DNA of 64,000 bases from assembly GCA_963758525.1 (NCBI GenBank), contig CAVWVQ010000003.1:1120001-1184000 (forward strand), read 5' to 3'. The DNA comes from an uncultured Phycisphaerales bacterium. GTDB taxonomy: Bacteria > Planctomycetota > Phycisphaerae > Tepidisphaerales > Tepidisphaeraceae. Below are positions 51,275 through 61,665 of this stretch, in pieces (the stretch's first letter is position 1; each line of letters begins with the position of its first letter). The notes under the pieces were generated by a model that did no database searches, was not told the DNA's origin, and saw nothing but the letters and a program-made list of their open reading frames with translations. Position numbers and translations under genes: made by a program.

Positions 51275-52354
51275 GTGGCCACCGCTGAGCACGACGAATT
51301 TATCCGCACTCTCCTCCGCGACAACCCGATGCCCGGGCCGATCCAGATATCGCTGGAGAGGGAGCCAAACTATTTTGCCGGCGCCAAAATCGACGGCGCG
51401 GAGAGCACGACGATTCTGTCGCTTGAGAACGGCCGCGCCGTCTGCACCGGCTCGGCCAGCATCCGTATGCGATTTCTCAACGGCAGCGCGAATCGCGTCG
51501 GTTACCTCGGCGGGCTGCGGCTCGACAACTCCCATCGCGGTCATGCGTCGATCCTGCTGCGCGCGTATCGATTCTTCCGCGAGCTTCACCGCGCCCATTC
51601 AGATCCGCCGGTGGTCTATCTCTCCAGCATCCTCGCGAAAAACCTCCCGGCCATCCGGTTCCTCGAACGCAACCTCCCGGAGATGCCGACCTACACCCGG
51701 CTTGGCGATCTCGTCGCGGTGATGATCAAGGCTCGCCGTCACCGCGCCACGCTGCCACCCGGAACAACGCTGCGCACTGGCACAATTCAGGACCTCGGCG
51801 CGATCGCTGCTTTTCTCAATGCGCAAAACGCAAACTATCAGTTCGCCCCCTTGTGGACCGAGGAAAGTCTTCAATCCTGCACCGGCCTGAGCGTTTCCGA
51901 CTTCCACCTGATTTACGACAGCGACGGCGCGCTCATCGCCTGCGGCGCCCTCTGGGACCAGCGCTGCGTCCGTCAAACCGTGATCCGCGGCTACTCCCCG
52001 CGCCTGCGGCGCTTTCGGCCGATCATCAACCTCGCCGCCCGCCTGCTCCGTCGCCCCGGCGTGCAGGAAATCGGGCACGTGATTCCGCTCGCTTTTGCCT
52101 CTCACGTTGCCGCCACCAGCCCGGAATTGTTGACGTGCGTTCTGCAGTCCCTGCGTTCTGCCGCCTTCGACCGCGGGATCACGTTCCTGAACACCAGCTT
52201 CGATTCCCGCGATCCGCGCCTTGGCACGGTTCGCGACCAATTCCGCCCCGCCGAGTACCCCAGCCGGATCTATGTCGTCCGCTGGAACGACGGTGACGCC
52301 GTCGCCAGCAGCCTGGATAGCCGCCTGCTCAATCCCGATGTTTCGCTGCTCTAA
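51275..52354 (+). CDS. GNAT-like acyltransferase paralog 1 (true start may be slightly upstream)
   Basis: LLRDNPMPG.I.ISLEREPNYF, VGYLGGLRLD..HRG, WDQR.VRQTVIRGY; paralog of 59817-60943. Confidence 0.7.
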   Translation: MATAEHDEFIRTLLRDNPMPGPIQISLEREPNYFAGAKIDGAESTTILSLENGRAVCTGSASIRMRFLNGSANRVGYLGGLRLDNSHRGHASILLRAYRFFRELHRAHSDPPVVYLSSILAKNLPAIRFLERNLPEMPTYTRLGDLVAVMIKARRHRATLPPGTTLRTGTIQDLGAIAAFLNAQNANYQFAPLWTEESLQSCTGLSVSDFHLIYDSDGALIACGALWDQRCVRQTVIRGYSPRLRRFRPIINLAARLLRRPGVQEIGHVIPLAFASHVAATSPELLTCVLQSLRSAAFDRGITFLNTSFDSRDPRLGTVRDQFRPAEYPSRIYVVRWNDGDAVASSLDSRLLNPDVSLL

Positions 52355-52684
52355 TTTTCATGAACCGAAGACCAAGGGATAGCAATCCGTTGGCTTTACC
52401 CCCAAATCGCTCGCTGCCTCCTGTGCGCCGGGCACATTGCAGTTGATCGCTGCGGTAGTTTCGTTCACACGAGAAAAGTACACATTTTTGGGCTCGCGAT
52501 GCGACGCTTACTGAGAACGGGGTAATGATCGCCGAGGGTGCCTGTCAGTCGCTTCGCGTCGTCGCGGAACTCAATCGCGGAACACCCGTCGCATGCGCAA
52601 GCGAAGGCTTAAGCTCCATGGGCGGCAAAACGCCTGCTCCAACGCGAATTCACATCACCGCGGCGGTACCATCGTGATTCGCGC

Positions 52685-53718
52685 ATGGAACCATCCGATC
52701 CTCCGACTCCTCGCGTTTCGCTCCCGACGGTGCCGCGGGGCTGGTACTACTTCTGTCGGGCGAGCGATCTTCGGCCAGGACCGGCGCGACTGGATTTTGG
52801 CGGCGAGCGCTATGCGGCCTTTCGCGCGCCCGATGGGCAAGCGGCAGTGCTAAACGCCCGGTGCTCGCATATGGGGGCGGACCTTTCCAGCGGAATGGTG
52901 ATCGACGGCGGGTTGCGCTGTCCTTTGCACGCCTGGGAATATTCCGCCGATGGGTCATGCCGGCGCCTGCCGGCCGGCGGAACGATCCCGCCTCTGGCCC
53001 GGCAGGCGGTGTTTCCATCGGCAGAAGTTGGGGGACACGTCTTCTTCTTCAATGCGCCGGTGGCGCGGCATCCGATGCCATTCTTTGCCGGCAAATCCTC
53101 GGACGAGCTGCTGGCGGCCGATCCGTTCGATCTGAAGATCAAAGCGCCATGGTACATGGTGGGGGCGAATGCGTTTGACCAGCAGCATTTTCGGGTGGCG
53201 CACGACCGGACACTTCTGGACACGCCGGTGGTGGAGTCGCCGGCGCCGTTGCGCAGCGCATCACCGCCAACTACGCGGTCGCCGGCAAGTCGCTGCGCGA
53301 CCGCATCACCCGGCGAGTGTCCGGGCCGCGCGTACGAATGACCGTCACGATCTGGGGCGGCACGCTGATTTTCGTGGAGGCCAGCTTCCAGCGGACCACC
53401 ACCTACGGGTTGGTCAGCGTTGCTCCAATCGACGATCACAGCGCAACGATGCGCACCATCGTCTGGGTCCAGAGAAGCAGCGGAGCGGTGGCTCGCGCGA
53501 TCATCGACCCGCTCGACGCGTGGCTGCGACGCCAATTTATTCATGCGTTCCTGATGGAAGACGCAGTGAGAAGCGACGGCGTACGGTACAATCCCGCGAC
53601 GGTCATCGAAGCTGATCGCGGTTTGGCGGCGTACATGGCGTGGCTCGAATCCATATGCGCCGTCCAACCTGATCCATCTCAATTCTGCCCGGGAGGTTCT
53701 CATGTCTGTCATTCGTGA
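52685..53718 (+). CDS. Rieske non-heme iron oxygenase/desaturase (apparent frameshift ~53250)
   Basis: PRGWY, CSHMGADL...CPLHAWEY (Rieske CxH/CxxH), NAFDQQHFRVAH mononuclear Fe motif; continues in ORF 53317..53718. Confidence 0.85.
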
Positions 53719-54325
53719 CCGCACTCGATGGCCCCTGTTGCTTGTGATGCTGTGTGCGATTCCGCTGCGGGCTCAGACGACGCAGGGCATCACTGAGCCC
53801 GATCCGCTCAAGGCGATCGCGGCGCTCCGCGGCGAGCTGATCGACAGCTTCAACAAGCGCGACATCGATCGGCTGCTGTCCAACCTCGATCCCGATGTGA
53901 TCGTCACGTGGCAAAACGGAGAAGTCTGCCGCGGACCGGGCGCGGTTCGGGACTACTACAACCGGATGATCGCGGGGCCTAATCCGGTGGTGGTGAATTT
54001 CACGTCCGATCCAACCGTGACCGACCGGCACGTTTACGGCGACTGGGCCGTCTCCTGGGGAAATCTTCACGACAAATACGAATTGAAAGATGGCGATCAC
54101 TTCGCTCTCAACAGCCTGTTCACGGCCACGATCGCGCGGCGCGGCGACGCGTGGAAAGTGGTGAGTTTTCACGCATCGGTCAACGCGTTTGAAAATCCGA
54201 TCCTTGGCATGGTCGCGAAGAAATCGGCGACGTGGGCAGGCATCATCGCCGCGGTTGTCGGCGCGCTGATCGGCATCGTGCTGGGCCGGCTTTCCGCGCG
54301 GCGCAAAGCGATTGTTCCCCAATGA
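53702..54325 (+). CDS. Exported NTF2/SnoaL-like (DUF4440) protein with C-terminal membrane anchor
   Basis: Signal peptide; SFNKRDIDRLL..DPDV..GPGAVRDYY..WKVVSFHAS; C-terminal TM. Confidence 0.75.
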   Translation: MSVIRDRTRWPLLLVMLCAIPLRAQTTQGITEPDPLKAIAALRGELIDSFNKRDIDRLLSNLDPDVIVTWQNGEVCRGPGAVRDYYNRMIAGPNPVVVNFTSDPTVTDRHVYGDWAVSWGNLHDKYELKDGDHFALNSLFTATIARRGDAWKVVSFHASVNAFENPILGMVAKKSATWAGIIAAVVGALIGIVLGRLSARRKAIVPQ

Positions 54326-55278
54326 TCCGCAGTCCGGACAGCGACGAGGCCGAACAGTCGCTTCTCGACCGCGCTGGCGTGCATCCAATGTGTCTGCAAA
54401 GCCAGACGCCGGGGCCATCGGCCTGGCGCGAGCTGGTGGGCTCCCTGGGCATCGACTTCGCCACTGCAGTGCAATACTTGCGAGTCCGCGTGCATTCGCG
54501 GCATGCGGCGTTTGCCGATGCGGTGGAATCATCTCATTCGCGCACCCCGTCCGGTGACACGCCGCGGATCGTGATCATGCCGGGCGCCTTTTACCGGCAA
54601 TACCCGCGGACCGGAGCCGACGGAGAGATGGTGCGATCGATTGCCGGCGACCTGGGTTGGCCGGTCGAGCGTGTAGAGGTTGCGAGCATGGCAACCATGG
54701 CCGAAAACGCCGAGGCGCTGGCGGCACTGCTGCGCCGGCTTTCGTCTGGCCCGGTGATTCTGATTTCCCTGAGCAAGGGAGGCTCGGACGTGCGCACGGC
54801 GCTGGCCCGACCCGATCTCGCGGACGCGCTTGTGAAGGTGAGGATGTGGTTGAATCTCAGCGGAATCGTCACCGGAACGGCGCTTGTCGGTTGGCTGCAA
54901 TCGCACCCGCTAAACTATTGGGGCGTGCGATCGCTGCTCGCGCTGCGCCGCCAGTCGTTTGCCGCTGTTCGCGAGCTGCGGCGCGAGCCGGGGGCGCCGC
55001 TGTCCATGCCACTGACGCTGCCGGCCCATCTCACAGCAGTGCATGTGCTGGGCTTTCCGCTGATCGGGCATCTCAGCGACAACTGGGCCCGCCGCGGGCA
55101 CGCGCGGCTCGCGCCGCTGGGCCCCAACGACGGCGGCGGAATTCTCCTGGCGGATTGCGAGAGCCTGCCGGGCCAAATCTATCCAGCGTGGGGCGCGGAT
55201 CACTATCTCCGTCCCGCCTGGATCAGGAAGCGCCTGGCGACGATCGTGTCTCAGTCCGGGGTCGTTGCAATGACATAG
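54322..55278 (+). CDS. Alpha/beta-hydrolase-fold (lipase/acyltransferase-like) protein
   Basis: IVIMPG, nucleophile elbow ILISLSKGG, PNDG, ADH; ATGA coupling to the upstream gene. Confidence 0.65.
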   Translation: MIRSPDSDEAEQSLLDRAGVHPMCLQSQTPGPSAWRELVGSLGIDFATAVQYLRVRVHSRHAAFADAVESSHSRTPSGDTPRIVIMPGAFYRQYPRTGADGEMVRSIAGDLGWPVERVEVASMATMAENAEALAALLRRLSSGPVILISLSKGGSDVRTALARPDLADALVKVRMWLNLSGIVTGTALVGWLQSHPLNYWGVRSLLALRRQSFAAVRELRREPGAPLSMPLTLPAHLTAVHVLGFPLIGHLSDNWARRGHARLAPLGPNDGGGILLADCESLPGQIYPAWGADHYLRPAWIRKRLATIVSQSGVVAMT

Positions 55279-55987
55279 CAGTCGCGTCCGGCGCAGAGGC
55301 GGCGGCCGACACTCCAGCGATGTTTGGGGCGCTTTTCCGCCATGCCAGCGCATGCGCTGCCAGCCCAAGCACAGCACCGCCAAGCGTGTCGACGGCATAG
55401 TGCTCCTTGGTAGCCAGCGTGGCATAGCAAATTGCCGCGCCCCAGATGATGCACAACGCGGCGCAGGCGCGCGGCAGTTGTCCGCGAAAGCTCCGCCAGC
55501 CGAAAGCGAGGGTGTACACCAGCAAACCTACGTGCAAAGACGGAAAAGAATTGAGCGTGGCATCGTACTGGATCAGCAGCCAGCACATGCCGTGTGCATC
55601 CGGCATCGGGGGGCGAGGCGCGCGGATTGGATAGAGGATGAAGATCGCGAAACTGACAGCCGACAGCAAGACCAATCCGATGGCATACCGCCGCAAATCT
55701 TCACGGCGATCCGCGAGCCAGGGAATCAGATTGATCGGGATATACAGCGACTGATAGACCCAGATCCAAGTATAGGGATGAAATCCGATTGCCCTGTCGA
55801 GCGCGGTGAGCGGCAGCCGATGCTCCGGCATCAGCGGATGGAACCCGATCAGGAAGTAGGCTGAACAAAACAGGACTCCCGCGGCGATCTGTAACCCCGC
55901 CTTGAGCCTCCAGTGCAACCGAAGGCGCAGCGCCGCACTGCGGGCAAAGGAACGCCAGCTCGGCCTATTGAATGACCCGGCCGGCAT
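55223..55987 (-). CDS. PAP2/phosphoesterase-family membrane protein
   Basis: NSFPSLHVG and KEHYAVDTLGG motifs; multi-TM. Confidence 0.8.
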   Translation of the reverse strand: MPAGSFNRPSWRSFARSAALRLRLHWRLKAGLQIAAGVLFCSAYFLIGFHPLMPEHRLPLTALDRAIGFHPYTWIWVYQSLYIPINLIPWLADRREDLRRYAIGLVLLSAVSFAIFILYPIRAPRPPMPDAHGMCWLLIQYDATLNSFPSLHVGLLVYTLAFGWRSFRGQLPRACAALCIIWGAAICYATLATKEHYAVDTLGGAVLGLAAHALAWRKSAPNIAGVSAAASAPDATAMSLQRPRTETRSSPGAS

Positions 55988-56918
55988 ACTTGTTCTCGAC
56001 CCGCTGATCGGTGCGCCGCGGGCCGTGCCACATGCGAAGGTAGGCCAATGGCAAAAAGCCGCGCGGCTCAACTGCTTCGGTCCCTATTCGCGGGAGATGC
56101 ACCCAGGGGACGGTGGGATGTTCGTGATGCACGCGATGCCAGTTGTGATTCAGCCAGATCGCGTCGATCGGTGCGAACAGTTTCAAGTTGCGCGCGCCGC
56201 GGGTGACGTGCCGCTCGGTGGCATAATGATGCACATATTGCATCGCCGACCACGAAAAACCGAACGCTCCATACAGTGCCAGATCATTCAGCAGCGGCAC
56301 GCGGAGGAGCAGGAGAATGCACGCGTGCAGCACGATGGCGGCAATCCCTTCGCATCTGATCCACCGCAGATGCGCCGGGTTGAACGATTCGAGAAACGCC
56401 GCGCCAGGCCGGTCGAACTTCACGTGGCGTTCCACTTTGAAATGCCGGCGGTCGAGCAGAAACGGAAATGCGGCCGCAACGACATTGCTCACCACGACCA
56501 GCAGATAATACAGGCCGGTGAGAATCCCGATCCAGGCCATCCACCTCCAGACCGGATTGTCTCCCTCGAAGTAGAGATCGAACGCCTCGTCATCGGAGCG
56601 GTTGCGAAGGTGATGTCCGATGTGCCCCTGGCGCAGGAGATGGAACGGGGCGGGGAAGAACAACGCCATGAGGATGCCCGCTGCCTCGTTGACCCTTCGA
56701 TCCGGGAAGAGCATGGCGTGCTCGGCTTCGTGGATGATCGAATAAACGGAGTTCATCAGGATGGCAAATCCAACGGCCAGCCCCGCGACGGGCCAGAAGC
56801 CGTGGAGTCGTTTGGCGGCAGTGAAACAGACCGCCAGCGCGACCAGCTGCGCAGCGATGATGAGCGCATTGAAAGCGGTGGGGATCCGATGGTTTGCCGC
56901 GGCGGAATTGCGAATCAT
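55965..56918 (-). CDS. Membrane fatty-acid desaturase
   Basis: His boxes HEAEH, HIGHH, QYVHH, HNWHRVHH; ATG 56918 with AAGGAG upstream. Confidence 0.88.
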   Translation of the reverse strand: MIRNSAAANHRIPTAFNALIIAAQLVALAVCFTAAKRLHGFWPVAGLAVGFAILMNSVYSIIHEAEHAMLFPDRRVNEAAGILMALFFPAPFHLLRQGHIGHHLRNRSDDEAFDLYFEGDNPVWRWMAWIGILTGLYYLLVVVSNVVAAAFPFLLDRRHFKVERHVKFDRPGAAFLESFNPAHLRWIRCEGIAAIVLHACILLLLRVPLLNDLALYGAFGFSWSAMQYVHHYATERHVTRGARNLKLFAPIDAIWLNHNWHRVHHEHPTVPWVHLPRIGTEAVEPRGFLPLAYLRMWHGPRRTDQRVENKYAGRVIQ

Positions 56919-57022
56919 TCGAAAACCATTCTCCTTTGGATCGACCAATATGGTACGCTTGGGATCGCACCTGGCGGTAGCGAAAAATGGCAGGTCCCCG
57001 GCAGATTGGGGTTCGTTCGCCC

Positions 57023-58426
57023 ATGTCATCGCATTCGAAGAAGCTTCGCGTTGTTTTAATTTCTCCCAAGGGACCGCTCTACCGCCATCGCGGCGGACTT
57101 TTCAAGCAATCGCTCCGCTATCAGCCGCTGACGCTGACGACGCTGGCCGCGCTGCTTCCGCCGGAACTGCCGATCGAGCTGACGCTGATCGACGAGGGAA
57201 TCGCCGACGTCCCCGACCAAATAGACGCGGACCTGGTCGGACTGACGGTGATCACCGGCACCGCGCCGCGCGCTTACGAGCTGAGCGATCGGTTCCGCGC
57301 GGCAGGCATTGCCGTCGTGCTGGGCGGCCCGCATGTCACGCTCATTCCCGAAGATGCCCAGCCGCACGCCGACGCGGTCGTCGTCGGCTACGCCGAAGAC
57401 AGTTGGCCCCAACTGCTTCGCGATTTCGCTGCCGGTGCATTGCGACCGCGTTACGACCAGTCGCCGGGGCTCGATCTGGCCGATCGTCCTTTTGCGCGTC
57501 GCGATCTTCTGCCGCGCTGGCGATACCTCACCAGCGACGTCTTCGAAGCAACGCGCGGCTGCGTTCACAACTGCGATTTCTGCGTGGTTCCGTCCGCGTG
57601 GGGACGCAAACCGTTGCAGAAGCCGGTGGAGGACGTGGTGCGCGACATCCGCGCCGAGAGAGCGAGGAAGCTGATCTTCGTGGATCTGAATCTCATCGCG
57701 GATCGCGAATATGCCGTGCGGCTGTTTACTGCACTGGTGCCGCTGGGCGTGCAATGGTACGGCCTGTCGACGGTGCTATTGACCGAAGATCGGCCGCTGC
57801 TGGATCTGGCTGCGCGAAGCGGGTGCCGCGGGTTGCTGATGGGGCTGGAGTCGATTTCGCCGGAGAATCTCCGCGCCAGTCGAAAGGGTTTCAACTCGCC
57901 CCAGCGGTATGCCGAAGTCGTTCGACGGCTGCACGATCGCGGGATCGCGCTGCAGGGATGCTTCGTCTTCGGACTCGATGGCGACGATCCGGATGTCTTC
58001 CTCAAGACCTCGCAGTTTGCCGTCGACGTGCGCATCGATCTGCCCCGATTTGCGATCGTCACGCCCTTCCCCAACACCGAGCTCTATCGGCGCCTCGTCA
58101 GCGAGGGACGCATCCTCACGAGAAACTGGGAACTGTACGACGGGCAACATGTCGTTTTTCAGCCGAAGCAAATGAGCGTTCAGGAGTTGCAGGACGGCAC
58201 CGAAGCCGCGTGGAAACACGCTTACAGCGCACGGTCGATTCTCAAACGTCTCGCGCACTCGCCCGCGCCGTGGTCGGTGCGCCTGGCGACAAATCTGGGC
58301 TACCGCTTTTACGCGAATCATCTGAGCCGTTTCTATAACTGCGACTGGATCATCGGCAGATCGCCACGGCGCGGCCGCGCCCCGTTTGTCGCGGGGCTAC
58401 CGACGGTGCAAGAGAGGCCGGCGTGA
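57023..58426 (+). CDS. B12-binding radical SAM protein 1
   Basis: N-terminal cobalamin-binding-like domain (VVLGGPHVT..DAVVVGYAE), TRGCVHNCDFC, TPFPNT. Confidence 0.9.
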   Translation: MSSHSKKLRVVLISPKGPLYRHRGGLFKQSLRYQPLTLTTLAALLPPELPIELTLIDEGIADVPDQIDADLVGLTVITGTAPRAYELSDRFRAAGIAVVLGGPHVTLIPEDAQPHADAVVVGYAEDSWPQLLRDFAAGALRPRYDQSPGLDLADRPFARRDLLPRWRYLTSDVFEATRGCVHNCDFCVVPSAWGRKPLQKPVEDVVRDIRAERARKLIFVDLNLIADREYAVRLFTALVPLGVQWYGLSTVLLTEDRPLLDLAARSGCRGLLMGLESISPENLRASRKGFNSPQRYAEVVRRLHDRGIALQGCFVFGLDGDDPDVFLKTSQFAVDVRIDLPRFAIVTPFPNTELYRRLVSEGRILTRNWELYDGQHVVFQPKQMSVQELQDGTEAAWKHAYSARSILKRLAHSPAPWSVRLATNLGYRFYANHLSRFYNCDWIIGRSPRRGRAPFVAGLPTVQERPA

Positions 58427-59781
58427 AACTGACGATTATTCATCCGTGCATCGGACGTCATGCGGGAGACCGCAAATACATCCGCACCTGGCAGATGGAG
58501 CCCCTGCCCGCCGCCGCGATCGCGGGACTGACGCCGCGCGACGTGGACGTGACGTTTTACGACGATCGGCTCGAATTGATCCCATTCGACGAACCGGCGG
58601 ATCTCGTGGCGATGAGCGTTGAAACATACACCGCAAAGCGCGCGTATCAGATCGCCAGCGAATATCGCCGGCGCGGCGTGCCGGTGGTGATGGGCGGCTT
58701 CCATGCGTCGCTGCTGCCGGACGAAGTCAGCCGCCACGCGGAATCCGTGGTTGTCGGGGAGGCCGAGGCGATCTGGCCGCGCATCATCGACGACGCGCGC
58801 CACGGTCGGCTGGAAAAGATCTACCGCCAGAGCGGCCGCCCGTCCCTCGCGGGCATGAAGCCCGACCGCGCGATCTTCCGCGGGAAGCGATATCTGCCGA
58901 TCGGGCTGGTGGAGGCGGGCCGCGGGTGTCATTTCAAGTGCGAGTTCTGCGCGGTGCAAACCGTCTTCGGCGCGACGCAGACGCGCCGGCCGATCGACGA
59001 CATCCTGCGCGAAGTGGCGGAGGTGCGGCACTACCGCCGGCTCTTCTTCTTCGTCGACGACAACATCACGTCCAACATGCGGCAGGCGAAGGATTTCTTC
59101 CGCGCACTGATCCCGCTGAAGATACGCTGGGTGAGTCAGGCGAGCATTAACGCCGCCCACGACGAGGAATTTCTCGACCTGCTGGTGCGCAGCGGCTGCA
59201 TGGGCGTGCTGATCGGATTCGAAAGCCTGAACCCCGCGAATTTAAAGGAGATGAACAAGTCGTTCAACACGATGCGCGGCGGATTCGCCAAGGCGCTTGC
59301 CAACCTCCGCCGTCACCGGTTGCGCGTCTATGGCACGTTCATCTTCGGATACGACCGCGACACCCGCGACAGTTTCACCGAGACGGTCGATTTCGCGCAA
59401 GAGCATGCCCTTTACATTGCCGCGTTCAATCACCTCACGCCGTTTCCCGGAACCCCGCTGTATGCGCGCCTGGAATCGGAGGGCCGGCTGCGATACCCCA
59501 GTTGGTGGCTGGATGACCGGTATCGCTACAACAATATTCCCTTCACGCCCGCGTCGATGAGCGCGGCGGATCTTCAGCGATATTGCCTGCTCGCTCGCCG
59601 GGCGTTTTATTCCTGGCCGAGCATCGTCCGACGCGGCTTCGACGCGGTGAACCGGGACGATGCGTTCATGTGGAAAAACTTCTATCTCATTAACGCAATG
59701 CATCGATCCGACGTGAGCATGCGCGACGAATATCCCCTTGGAGATGAAGCCTGGAAAGGGCCGTTCCTGTCGGCAAATTGA
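58423..59781 (+). CDS. B12-binding radical SAM protein 2
   Basis: VVMGGFHAS..VVVGEAE, GRGCHFKCEFC, FVDDNI, TPFPGTPLY. Confidence 0.9.
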   Translation: MKLTIIHPCIGRHAGDRKYIRTWQMEPLPAAAIAGLTPRDVDVTFYDDRLELIPFDEPADLVAMSVETYTAKRAYQIASEYRRRGVPVVMGGFHASLLPDEVSRHAESVVVGEAEAIWPRIIDDARHGRLEKIYRQSGRPSLAGMKPDRAIFRGKRYLPIGLVEAGRGCHFKCEFCAVQTVFGATQTRRPIDDILREVAEVRHYRRLFFFVDDNITSNMRQAKDFFRALIPLKIRWVSQASINAAHDEEFLDLLVRSGCMGVLIGFESLNPANLKEMNKSFNTMRGGFAKALANLRRHRLRVYGTFIFGYDRDTRDSFTETVDFAQEHALYIAAFNHLTPFPGTPLYARLESEGRLRYPSWWLDDRYRYNNIPFTPASMSAADLQRYCLLARRAFYSWPSIVRRGFDAVNRDDAFMWKNFYLINAMHRSDVSMRDEYPLGDEAWKGPFLSAN

Positions 59782-59816
59782 TGCGATGGGACACTTTGCG
59801 GAGGACTGAGGGATTC

Positions 59817-60943
59817 ATGACTGTCATGGAGACAAAGCCTCGAGCGATCGATGGCGTTGCGGTCTTCCGGGCGCCTGCGCAGCAGATGACGAGCAGCTCC
59901 GCCGTCTGCTTCGAGAGAACCCGATGCCGGCCGGGATTTCGCTCTCGATGGAGCGGGAGCCGAATTACTTCGCCGGAGCCGCGATGGACGGCTCGGAACA
60001 TCAAACCATCGTGGCGATCGAGGATGGGCGCGTCGTTTGTGCCGGCACGATCGGCGTCAGTTCCCGGTTTCTCAACGGCGTTGCGGCACGGGTTGGATAT
60101 CTCAGCGGACTGCGTCTGGATCGCGCCTGCCGAAGCCGGCCGTCCATCCTGCGGCAAGGGTATCAGGTGTTCCATGATCTTCACCGGCGCGCTGGCGAAC
60201 CCGCCGTCTATCTGACCAGCATCTTTTCTGCCAATGCACGCGCGATCCGATTTTTCGAGCGCAATCTCCCGTGGATGCCGACCTACCGCAGGATCGCGGA
60301 TTTTGTCACGGTTGTCCTTCGCGTGCGTCCGCAACTGCGCGAGGCCGACGGCGCCGCGAGCGGGTGCGCCGCCGCAGAATCGGATTTGCCGCTCATCACC
60401 GATCTGCTCAATCGGCAGAATGAACAGCTTCAATTTGCCCCGGTATGGAGTGTCGAGAAGCTCAAGCGATGCAGCGCATTACAGGCGGCCGATTTTCGCC
60501 TGGCCCGCGATCGCGACGATCACCTTGCCTGGTGCGCCGCGGTCTGGGATCAGCGCGCCGTCCGGCAAACCGTTGTCCGCGGCTACCCGCCGATGCTGCG
60601 ACGGATGCGTCCGCTCGTTAATTTCGGTGCGCGCCTTCTGCGAACGCCGCGGCTCCCTGCGGTCGGCAAGACGATTCCGCTCGCGTTTGCGTCGCATATC
60701 GCGGCAACGCCCGACTCGCTGCCGGCTGCCCTCCGGTCGCTCGAGACTGCCGCGAGCCAGCGCGGCATTGAATATCTGACGGTCGGATTTGACGCCCGCG
60801 ACCCGCGGCTTGGCGTTGTTCGCAGGCATTTCAAAGGACGCGAGTATTCGAGCCGGATCTATCTCGTTTATTGGGAAGACGGCGCCCAATGCGCCGAAGC
60901 CGTCGCCGACGGTATCGTGGCGCCGGAAGCTGCGCTCCTATGA
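59817..60943 (+). CDS. GNAT-like acyltransferase paralog 2 (apparent frameshift ~59875)
   Basis: ATG 59817 with RBS; DDEQLRRLLRENPMPAGISLSMEREPNYF, VGYLSGLRLD, WDQRAVRQTVVRGY. Confidence 0.72.
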
Positions 60944-61665
60944 CTCAGACCATCGCCACCACGCACCGGTTGATGCCGCGCGCCGCGCTCGCGCCGGACG
61001 AACTGGCGGAAATGCATGGTCTGCTCGACGCCTATTTCCGCGGCGTGTCGCAGCGACAATTCCTTGGCGATCTGCGGGAAAAGAATTGGGTGATCCTGAT
61101 CGAACGGGGCGGCCGGATCGTCGGATTCTCCACGATCCTGGCGTATCAGACCGAATTTGAAGGCGAGCCGCTGGCGGTCATCTATTCCGGCGACACCGTC
61201 GTGGCACGCGAGGCCTGGAACAGTTCGGCACTGGCGCGCGGGTGGATCGAATCGGTGGCGGCGCTGCGGCCGCTCTATCCCAGCGGTCGCTTCTTCTGGC
61301 TGCTTCTGACGTCCGGTTTCCGCACCTACCGGCATCTGCCCCTGTTCTGGGAAGAGTTCTATCCCCGCTTCGACGCGCCGACGCCACCGGCAACTCAAGC
61401 GCTCATCGATCATCTTTCCGCCGAGCGCTTCGGACCGTGCTGGGACCGCGCCGCCGGCGTGGTGCGATTCGCCCATCCGCAGCCGTTGCGCGACGGGCTG
61501 GCCGAGATTCCGGTCAGTCGCTCCGCTGATCCGCACATCGCATTTTTTGCCGCCCGCAATCCCGCGCACGCGAACGGCGACGAACTCGTCTGCCTGACCG
61601 AGCTGTCCCCCGGCAATCTCACCAGCGCCGGCCGCCGGATGGCATCAGCAGTTCCGATATGGTGA
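60940..61665 (+). CDS. Conserved hypothetical protein, probable GNAT-like fold
   Basis: ATGA-coupled; GRIVGFSTI...IYSGDTVV..EAW, WLLLTSGFRTYR.LP, GDELVCL. Confidence 0.6.
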   Translation: MTQTIATTHRLMPRAALAPDELAEMHGLLDAYFRGVSQRQFLGDLREKNWVILIERGGRIVGFSTILAYQTEFEGEPLAVIYSGDTVVAREAWNSSALARGWIESVAALRPLYPSGRFFWLLLTSGFRTYRHLPLFWEEFYPRFDAPTPPATQALIDHLSAERFGPCWDRAAGVVRFAHPQPLRDGLAEIPVSRSADPHIAFFAARNPAHANGDELVCLTELSPGNLTSAGRRMASAVPIW

